Part shown: positions 53,887 through 64,000 of the stretch, piece by piece
Position numbering within the stretch: position 1 is the first letter of the stretch
How the letters are laid out: each line of letters begins with the position of its first letter
Origin: Octopus vulgaris
Taxonomy: Eukaryota
Direction of reading: 5' to 3'
NCBI GenBank assembly: GCA_951406725.2
Contig: OX597824.1
Coordinates: forward strand, 77,190,001 to 77,254,000
DNA: 64,000 nt
Made by a program: the position numbers and the translations under genes
The notes under the pieces: model-generated
What the model saw: the letters and a program-made list of their open reading frames with translations, nothing else
What the model was told of the DNA's origin: nothing
Database searches by the model: none

Positions 53887-54345
53887 TTTGATTTTTGATT
53901 TTGATTTTGATTTTTGATTTTTCCAGTTTCAGCTAATGAGCTGTGGCCATGCTGGGACACCGCCATTTGGTTTGCTACACGATTTTACCTCACGGATGCT
54001 TTTTAGCAAACGCCATCTGATGCATGAGAGAGTTCGATGCAGCTGCCCTCATCTGCACCTCCTGCCGTGAAGTTGGTTCATCCGGGACACCTGACAGGAA
54101 GAGGTCCAGTCCTACTTTAAAGACATCCGCATCTACACCATGCAGGTCCCTCAGGTTCTTTGGGAGGATATTGAAGAGCTGTGGGCCTCTGAAGCCCAGG
54201 CTATCACAATATCTTGTCCTACATCTTGATGGCAAATTTGGAGTCCTTGGTACTACGCAGTGGCGCCCGGTTCTGGCATTTGTGTGACTCTCGATGCCAA
54301 AGTTTGGGACAAGTCCTTCCAGGATCTTCCAGATATATATTATGG
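53887..54345 (-). mobile_element. CR1-group LINE 3' fragment with 3' UTR and (AAAATC)n-like tail
   Basis: IIYIWKILEGLVPNFGI...GPQLFNILPKNLRDL...FKVGLDLFLSGVPDEP, typical CR1-group C-terminus. Confidence 0.85.
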
Positions 54346-54402
54346 CATATATATGTGTGTGTACTTCTTGTTGGCTACTGCTTATTACTCCTATCTTCCA
54401 GA

Positions 54403-54470
<68 letters not shown>

Positions 54471-55446
54471 GTATGTATAAATGATTCAAACAATTTGTAA
54501 TTTTCATTTCAGAACTGTCTCATTAATCCTGTATTGTAGTGATGGTATCAATTACAGGAAATTTGATCAAGTGGAATAAAACAATAATCATGCACTTAAA
54601 AATTGACAAGACACCATAATCATATTGCCAATATATAAATTTTATTACTGCTATCTCAGAGGTAACATGACATATACACATACACAATCATTTATGGAGA
54701 TAGAGAAATTATATATGTCCCTCTTTACACCCTCTCTCTCTCCCTCTTTTCCAAATATGTGTATATATATGTATTTGTGTATCTATGAATGCATATTTGC
54801 ATTATGTATGTATGTATATATGTATGTATGAATGTATGTATGAGTGTATGTGTATGTGTGTATAAGGATGTCTTTTCAAAATTGGTCCAGAAACTGACAT
54901 AGTTAATTCCTGCTGAAGCTGATATATATATGTGTGTGTGTGAGTGTGTGTGTGTGTAAATATCAATAAAAATACATACATACATACATACATACATACA
55001 CATGAATATGTGTATATATACATAAATATATCTATATATACATAAATATATCTATGTGTTTATATACAGAAACACACACATGCATTCACATACAATTATA
55101 CATCATATACAATACAAATCCACAGACTCTAACAAACACACACATACACACATACACACACACAAATACACACATGTATACAATATCTACTGATTTTACA
55201 TCTGATAAATATTCTTAATGGAGCACTGTCAAGGTGTGGACTAAAACATGGTCATGTGTGTAATAGAGATGAAGAAGTTAGCTTCTTGAATCAACATGAT
55301 ATCAATTATGCCTGTTGAACATGATTCTGCTTGTAAAACCAGAAGACATACAGTGCAAGTATTACAATATATCACCAGGAAATTCTTATGTTATGGCAAA
55401 ACAATAAATGGGAGGAAACACCATGAGAGTCACTTATTAATGAGGT

Positions 55447-55489
<43 letters not shown>

Positions 55490-55524
55490 TTACATATATA
55501 TACATGTGTAAATATATATATATT

Positions 55525-55560
<36 letters not shown>

Positions 55561-55648
55561 TTAATCCTTTCTTGTTGCTTTTTTCCTATATATGTATATA
55601 TATATATATATTTATTTACATATATATACATGTGTAAATATATATATG

Positions 55649-55679
<31 letters not shown>

Positions 55680-55690
55680 ATAAATATATA

Positions 55691-55733
<43 letters not shown>

Positions 55734-56052
55734 TAGATACCATAGTGGTGTGAAAAGCACTAATGACAATTTTGGTAATATGGCATGTGATTAATGGTGA
55801 AAGATAAAGCGCTGCAAATAAAATGATGATTACAATGTGTAATTTTGCAGCAGTGCTTGGCATAGCAAAGAGCAGTCATAGCTGTGTAGTTTAGAGACTT
55901 TACTTTTGAAACTGCATGCTTGTGGGATCAATTCCATTGCATACCATCATTTAGGTGTCTGTTTTCTGTTTTAATTTTGAATTGATTATTGCCACATGAA
56001 TGCAATTTGCTAGAGTGAAGGAGTACAGGAGCCTTTTGTGTGTGTGCGTGTG

Positions 56053-56054
<2 letters not shown>

Positions 56055-56092
<38 letters not shown>

Positions 56093-56420
56093 TTAATGTC
56101 CGTTTTCCATGCTAGCATGGGTTTGATGGTTCAACCGGGGTCTGGGAAACCAGGAGGCTGCACCAGTCTCTAGTCTGATCAGGCAGTGTTTCTACAGCTG
56201 GATGCCCATCCTAATGCCAACCACTCCGTGAGTGTAGTGGGTGCTTTTGAAGTGCCACCAGCACAGGTGTCAGGGGAGGCTGGCAGCAGCCACGATCGGT
56301 TGGTGCTTTTTATGTGCCACCGGCACAGAAGCCAGTCAAGGCGGCGCTGGCATCAGCCACGTTTGGATGGTGCTTCTTACGTGCCACCGGCACAGGTATC
56401 ACAACTACTATTTCCATTTG
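56055..56420 (-). mobile_element. Family E retroposon
   Basis: Reverse complement of the 15875/17790 family with (CAT)n. Confidence 0.85.
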
Positions 56421-57053
56421 ATATTTATTTTGTGTGTGTACATATATATCTATATCTATCTATCTTAGACACAAAATATACTGTCATGTGGCACTAATGC
56501 ATGGACATAGTGGAGAAATGTACAAAGGTTCTAGGTTTAATCATGTGTTCATTCTCTACAAACACTTAACAAAAAACATTCAGAGCATTTTTCGTTTGAT
56601 ACTGTCACTAAGTCAACTGTGTTAGCCTTAGTTTATGATGTGAAACATTATGGAACCTACAAAAATTTCTAAGACTATCCTCTACCAATCAAATCCTATT
56701 CATAATATATATTAATTTGAACCATGTACTCCCTATAAAAATAGGGCGGGCTTCAAACACTAGTCAGAAGTAGAACACCTGTGAAATAAGCCACATATTT
56801 TTATTTCAACTTTTCGAAAATCTGTGTAAACTGTGAAACCAGTTAAATCTTTAAATATGATAAAAAAATATTTCAACTATTTTAAGTGCTTTCTCAAATT
56901 CTATTTTTCCTATATACCCGAGTGGAATAAAATAGCTTTGTTTTCTATATATATATTTATATATATATATTTATATATATATATATATATATATATGTCC
57001 TACTCATGCTAGCATGGAAGGTGGAGCTTAAGCAATGATGATGATGATGATGA

Positions 57054-57119
<66 letters not shown>

Positions 57120-57144
57120 GTATAAATGTATATATATAAATGTA

Positions 57145-57185
<41 letters not shown>

Positions 57186-57271
57186 GAAATTTATAGTAAA
57201 ACAAAAGACGAAGACAGGTGTAGGAACTTCAAGCAGGTGTATTAGTTTGACGCTCAGAAAAGTGTAAAAGT

Positions 57272-57307
57272 CTTTTACATTTCAAGTCTACACTCTTCAT
57301 CAGAAAG
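57272..57307 (-). ncRNA. Minimal type-I hammerhead motif, canonical core, in pLTR fragment 57183-57345
   Basis: Minus strand CTTT-CTGATGA-A-GAGT-GTAG-ACTT-GAAA-TG-TA-AAAG. Confidence 0.75.
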
Positions 57308-57351
57308 GAATAACAGAAAATAAACAGAGAGGGAATAAAAATGTATATATC

Positions 57352-57457
<106 letters not shown>

Positions 57458-57775
57458 CATACACACACACACACATAAATATATATTCATATGAGCATGT
57501 ATATGTATGCATGAATATGTGTGAGTTTGTGTGTGTGTGTGTGTGCGTGTGTGTGTGTGTGAGTGTGTGTGTGTGTGTGTGACCTTGTTTCTGTATAACT
57601 TTCCATTAACATAGCTGGGGAGTAATAAACTTTGTTTTTCTAAAACCAATATTTCCTGCTCATGAAGTTCAACGCGAAAAGACCATTGGAATTAAGTACT
57701 TCACATGAAAGCAAATAAAGGCAGCATCAAAAAGAGTCTCCAGACATAGAATATTGTCTCAATAGATCTTGTCTA

Positions 57776-57845
57776 ATGCATCATCATCACCCTCACCACC
57801 ATCATCATCGTCATCGTCGTCATCGTCATCATCATCATCATCATC

Positions 57846-57878
<33 letters not shown>

Positions 57879-58057
57879 TCAATCACCACCACCACCACCA
57901 CCACCACCACCACCACCACCATCACCATCATCATCATCATCATCATCATCATCACCACCACCACAACCACCACCACCACCATCACCATCATCATCATCAT
58001 CATCGTCGTCGTCGTCGTCATCATCATCATCATCATCATCACCATCATCATCACTGA
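57776..58057. repeat. (CAT)n/(CAC)n array
   Basis: Directly visible. Confidence 0.97.
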
Positions 58058-58545
58058 CATTGCCACCATTGCTACCGTTGTCATCATTTTATATCCACTT
58101 TCTTTGCTGGCATGGCCTAGGCAAACTCATTACACTTCAAGTCAGTTGTTTTCAGAATCAACTAATTTTTTCAGCTCACCTTGAGTCTTGTATAGCAATT
58201 TAGGCACCTCTTCACCATTGTCTCTTGCAGCTCCTGTTGTTAATTTTCTCTTTCTTTCCTCTTTCCATACTAGGTGTGAGTATCAATACAGATCCTCTAC
58301 AAGAAACTGCAATGCCCACCCCTTAGGGTTTAATCCCTAGTATGAAACTGCTCCCTTCCTTAAATACCACTAGAGCATGTAGTTCTGCAAGCTGCATAAT
58401 GAATTCCCTGGTGCAAGTGGCATGATAAATGCATCAAGTCTGTAAAGTGGTTTGCATGAGGAAGGGCGTCCAGCCATGGAAACCATGCCAGAGCAGACAA
58501 GGGAGCACAATGCAGTTCTTGGACACATTTGACCAGGGACATTAA

Positions 58546-58595
<50 letters not shown>

Positions 58596-58711
58596 GGTGG
58601 TGGTGGTGGTGGTGGTGGTGGTGGTGGTGGTGGTGGTGGTGGTAGTGGTGGTGGTGATGATGATGATGATGATGATGATGATTGTGGTGATGATGATGAT
58701 TGTGTTGTTGT

Positions 58712-58785
<74 letters not shown>

Positions 58786-58804
58786 GTGTTGTTGTTGTTG
58801 TTGA

Positions 58805-58838
<34 letters not shown>

Positions 58839-58897
58839 GGTGGTGGTGGTGATGATGATGATGATTGTGTTGTTGTTGATGATGATGATGATGATGA
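58546..58897. repeat. (GAT)n/(GGT)n/(GTT)n array
   Basis: Directly visible. Confidence 0.97.
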
Positions 58898-59299
58898 CTC
58901 CGAGACAGGTCAGAGGACTATATTTCACTTGTTTATCTTATTTTGGCATAGCTTACCCGACCAGATGCCCTTTCTACACACACCAACCACTTTTTAATGT
59001 GTACTGGTCTAGTGTGGAACCCACACTAGAAAGATCTTCATGACTCGAACAAGACAAGAGTAAAGAGTTTTCTTTGACCCCACATTATCTCTGTTCATTA
59101 ACCAACCATTTTACGGAATGCATTCATTTGTGGCACCAGTTTGAATGTTACTGCATTGTACTTAACAAGCCGAAAGGTGTGGGGGGAGTGTCTTCATTTC
59201 TTTCTTCAATGCTGTCTCCAATTATTTGAAGCAATCTGACCAACAGAGTGCTAGCAGAGAGGAGGGATGTTTGCAGAAGATGAACTAGGGTGAAAAGAC

Positions 59300-59352
<53 letters not shown>

Positions 59353-59482
59353 ACAAGAAAAAATATGATAGGGGAGACAGATTCACTGGGCTGACAAGAG
59401 AGGTTGAAACATTACAGACAGTACAAGGTGGAGTAATGGAAGAGAGGCAGTAATGGGAGAGACCATAAGAACAGTAAGTTAT

Positions 59483-59514
<32 letters not shown>

Positions 59515-59846
59515 GAGAAAGAAAGAGAGAGAGAGATGGATAACCAGCGGTAAAAGATTGTGGACATCAGTAATCAATGACATGGGAAAGAGGAAGTGGT
59601 GCCCAGCAGTTTATGAATATAATCCTTTTTAGCTATAGACACAAGGCCCACAGTTGTACTGGAGGGAGCTAGTTGATTACATAAATCCTGGTGCTTGACT
59701 GGTACTTATTTCATCGACCCCAAATGGAGGAACCACAAAGTTAACCTTAGCAGCATTTGAACTCAAAATGGAAGAAGTGTTGCTAAGCATTTTGTCCAAT
59801 GTGGTAACGATCTTGTCAGCTCAGCACCGGATAATAGAGTGTGAAA

Positions 59847-60098
59847 GCAAATGTGCCCTTTTAAAGCCTAGCCAGGCTCATGGGCCCGGTTTCCCGGTTT
59901 CAATGGCGTATGTGTTCCCCAGCTGGATGAGATGCCAGTCCATCGCTGTGTTACTCATTTTTGCCAGCTGAGTGGACTGGAGCAACATGAAATGAAGTGT
60001 TTTGCTCAAGAACACAATGCGTCACCCGATCCAGGAATCGAAACCACGATCTTGCGATCATGATGCTGATACCCTAACCACTAAGCCATGCACCTCCT
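59847..60098 (-). mobile_element. SINE family D, near full length
   Basis: Reverse complement of 17519-17770. Confidence 0.85.
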
Positions 60099-60617
60099 CA
60101 ATAGACTGTGAGATTGAAGAAATACTAAGATGGTAATGATATACAAGTGATCGATGTCAATAGAAGAATGATGTGGGGAAGAGGGAGTGATGACTGCCTG
60201 TTTTTAGCTCAACATGGAGACTATCACTAACTAAATGATATGTAATCTAATGACTGTGCGAATATCACCAAAGTTAAACCAACCCAACATATGAATTATT
60301 CCTGTAAAACTTCTACGCATTTACAGGCTTTCAAACAATAAATTAAACATCTTCCTAAATGTTAGAATTGAGAAACATTGGTAAAGCCTCAAGGGAAAAT
60401 AGAAACATCAAAGACAGATGTGGTTGAATATTTATGTACAATACAAGAAACCATATACAGCTTTGAAATGAAATTTCTACTATAGATAGTGAAGCACAGA
60501 TATATATAAATCCTCTAAAATTCAAAGAAGCGGTTTATATAATAATTGCTGATAATTCAAACAATAAACTCATTGACAGTGCACATTATTGACAGATAAA
60601 TTCATATATTTTAAAAT

Positions 60618-60660
<43 letters not shown>

Positions 60661-60669
60661 GTAGTAGTA

Positions 60670-60724
<55 letters not shown>

Positions 60725-60786
60725 TTATAATAATAACTACTACTATTATCATTATTATTGTTACTATTGTCATTATTATTATTATT

Positions 60787-61801
60787 GAGTGAGAGAGCAG
60801 TTCATGCCATCAAAGTGACACTGGGGTAAAATATACGAAACTCAGTATACCCATCATGACTACTCGTCTGATAAGGGTACACCAGGCACATGCATCACAA
60901 CCATATGTGCGCGACATGGTGATCTCATATCAAGATAAACAGCACATGACCTTGCAGGTGGGGCCCACTTAGAATTTTCTTCTGGTTGAGTAGCCCATCC
61001 CACTCAAAGGTCCCTGAATAAGGGTTGTTTAAGGATGTTGAAAGAACCACCCATGTTTCCAGAGGTGAATTATTCAAACCCCAAAGAATCCCTCTCAACA
61101 CATGGCTATGATGCTCCCCCACTACTTCTGCTCGTGATCAGAGATGCACATATCGTCAGCCACTAAGGGACATGCTCAACTGGTTAAAGTCAAACAACTG
61201 ACAAGTAAATCTGTGGTATTGAGCAGAATATTTGCTTTAGCCCATCTTTTATACCAAGACAAAACAATGTACATGATAACACTTCCAATCAGTTAAGATC
61301 AGAAGCCATGAGAGCCGCTGCCTGGTACTGCATCTTATTATTATTTTTGAGTGATAGAGCAGTGCATGCCATCAAAGTGACACTGGGGTACAAGCATATG
61401 AAGCCCAATATACCTATCATGACTACCTGTCTGATAGGGGTATACCAAGCACATGCATCACAATCATATGTGTGTGACATGGTGATCTCATATCAAGATA
61501 AACAGTGCATAACCTTGCAGGTGGGGACCAGTTAGAATTTTCTTCAGGTCAAGTAGCCTATCTCGCTCAAAAGGTCCCTGAATAAAGGTTGTTTAAGGAT
61601 GATGGACAAAACACCCTTATTCTCAGAGGTGAATTATTCAAACCCAAAAGAATTCCTCTAAATACATGGCTATGATGCTCACCCCGCTACTTCTGCTCAT
61701 GATCAGAGATGCCCATATTGTCAGCCACTAAGGGACATGCTCAACTGGTTACGGTCAAAAAAGTAACAAGCAAATCTGTGGTACCGTGCAGAGTATTTGC
61801 T
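60787..61801 (-). mobile_element. Two tandem diverged copies of an about 550-bp non-coding element with (TAA)n end
   Basis: 60787-61334 and 61349-61801 are colinear; each starts directly after an (ATT)n tract. Confidence 0.8.
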
Positions 61802-61811
61802 ATTATCATAA

Positions 61812-62255
61812 TTACCTTGTGGCATGCAATGATTCAATATGACCATGGAATTAGACATCAGAAATTTGACATTATTGAGGTGAGCGGAAAAGAAAAACAA
61901 ATATGCCTGATAATCAAGATTGCATGTTCTGATGACAACAGGATTGAAGAGAATGCAGAAAGAAAGGTGAAGAACTATGATGAACTGAAGTGGGAAATAC
62001 ACAGGTGGTGGGCAATTAGGAGAGTGGACATAATAAGAATAGCGATTGGTTCACTTGGCAAAATAACTCTCACATACCAGTGTGGTTCGAAAAGATTGGT
62101 ACAAATGTAAAGATAGAACACCTACAAAAATCATCATTGCTTGGAACTGTAAGAATTCTCAGCAGGATTCTTGAAGCATGATCAGTAAATAAGTATCACC
62201 TTTAGTCTGCTGGCTGTGGGCAGCTGACACTTTCCATCATACCCAGCAAAAATAT
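61812..62255 (+). mobile_element. R4/Dong-type LINE 3' fragment (restriction-like endonuclease domain)
   Basis: LWHAMIQYDHGIRHQKFDII...CLIIKIACSDDNRIEE...KNYDELKWEIHRWW...IAIGSLG...IEHLQKSSLLGTVRILSRILEA*, a decayed RPD..D..K..KY motif set. Confidence 0.85.
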
Positions 62256-62584
62256 CTATATTACCCTATGCTGACAAATGTTATAATTAATGAATTAATC
62301 ATGCTAACATTGATGTTAACATAATTAACAGTGTTATTACAGCATCAGGAAGAATGCCTTGTGATATTGATTCCAATGATCTATGTTCTAGACCCCAAGC
62401 TCAAATCCCACTACTGTCAGCATTACCTTTCATCCTTTTGGGGGTTAATAAAAAAAACAGGCCACTCTGTTGCAAGCATTCAGACAAGATTTTTTTTGTT
62501 TTATGTTCCTCTCTCTAATCCCTCTCTGTGACCCTATGAGCATCATGGGTACTGTACTTCCAGTTAACAGTAAAAAAAAAATAA

Positions 62585-62615
<31 letters not shown>

Positions 62616-62987
62616 TCTCAGAACTATTTCATTTCTGAACAGTTTTATTTATCTATACCAATAAATGTATGATCTTGCATAACTACTTTGTAGTTCCTTT
62701 CATAAATTCTTAATCAACACTAATGAAAACTTTGCTTCATTAAGGAGAAAATTATAAGATTGAAACATGTTAGAAATTGTCTTCCATAATTAGAAGAAAA
62801 TGAATTAGTCATTGACTTATATGTGTTTTTTTTATCACAACATCATCATTATCGTTTAGCGTCTGCTTTCCATGCTAGCATGGGTTGGACAACATGTTTA
62901 TCTTTAGTTAGCATGTGTGTGTGCGTGCATATATATGCACACATCTGTATGTATGTATGTATGTATGCATGTATGTATGTATGTATG

Positions 62988-63021
<34 letters not shown>

Positions 63022-63113
63022 AAGGGAAAGTTTAGGAAAATAAACAAAAGACAAAGGCAGGTGGTGTACAAAACAAACAGATGTATTAGTATAGTGCTCA
63101 GGAATAGAAAAGT

Positions 63114-63149
63114 TTTTTACATTTCAAGCCTACGCTCTTCTACAGAAGG
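63114..63149 (-). ncRNA. Decayed hammerhead motif in pLTR fragment 63020-63225
   Basis: Minus strand CCTT-CTGTAGA-A-GAGC-GTAG-GCTT-GAAA-TG-TA-AAAA; same family as 57272. Confidence 0.6.
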
Positions 63150-63229
63150 TACACAGAAAAAAACAAGGAGAGAAACAAGGAGAAAAAACAAAGGAGAGAA
63201 AAAAATGTGTGTAGTGGCTAAGAGAGGTG

Positions 63230-63252
63230 AATAAATAAATAGATAGGTAGAT

Positions 63253-63345
<93 letters not shown>

Positions 63346-63468
63346 TAGATAGATAGATAGATTGATAGATAGATAGAAAGATAGAGAGATAGATAGATAG
63401 ATAGATAGATAGATTGATAGAGAGATAGAGAGATAGATAGATAGATAGAAAGATAGATAGATAGATAA

Positions 63469-63534
<66 letters not shown>

Positions 63535-63535
63535 G
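63230..63535. repeat. (GATA)n array
   Basis: Directly visible. Confidence 0.98.
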
Positions 63536-64000
63536 TATTCTATGCATTAAATATGTAAGTAATAACTTTATTTCATATCATACTTTGGCTCTCTATGACA
63601 GCTCATCTCACACAAGCAGACTGCTGCACCTCTTCTAAATGCATATGTATCTTATTTATGTCAAATCACAGTTTTTCTTCAAATCAGTAAAGACATTTCA
63701 GAAACTCATAGCTTAATTAATATTGTTCAGATATTTCACTCTGAAGTGAATAAAAACTTGAAAAAAAACCCCAAAAAAACTGTTCATCTTATCATTGAAA
63801 CATTTATCAAATAATATTTAAGTCACAAACGTTGATCAGTAATTTTTTTTTTCTTTTGAAGCCGAGGGTGACTTTTACACATTAAATTTCTGATTATTTT
63901 TTAAACTGGAGATGATTTTTCATAAGCTAATATGAGATTTTCTTTTCTTTTCTTTTCTTTTTTTTAATTTTTCATACACTTGGTGACTTTTAAGCATAAA

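Noticed and set aside
57776-58057. Poly-histidine ORF as a His-rich protein
   Set aside because: Pure triplet repeat with no complex coding context or splice evidence.
61284-61334. Resemblance to U2 snRNA (ATCAGTTAAGATC, CCTGGTACTGCA)
   Set aside because: Two short imperfect matches with wrong spacing, no branch-pairing region or Sm site; likely chance.

Overview
AT-rich, microsatellite-saturated eukaryotic non-coding DNA (intergenic or intronic). The repeat families resemble those I recall from octopus genomes; this is an inference, not a database match. I found no supportable intact host gene, rRNA, true tRNA or CRISPR array, and almost all ORF-track entries are translated microsatellites or SINEs. 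The window is a mosaic of four tRNA-headed SINE families, a (GAT)n-tailed retroposon family, 3' fragments of RTE, CR1-like and R4/Dong LINEs, two decayed mariner transposons, MITEs and a Helentron-type element. The main signal is a dense population of short Penelope-like element (PLE) remnants, mostly in (TA)n tracts and often arranged as foldbacks. They carry minimal type-I hammerhead ribozyme motifs: about 15 near-complete motifs plus several halves, from several sequence families. The conserved 3:8 core pair occurs as C-G, U-A and G-C, and stem I covaries between two relatives. Three GIY-YIG endonuclease remnants tie the motifs to PLEs, and a local duplication preserves a filled and an empty (TA)n site. 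Also present: locally templated insertions, a 347-bp inverted duplication over a decayed unknown ORF, and a piggyBac-type MITE nested in its own family. Coordinates were read by eye; degenerate element boundaries are approximate.
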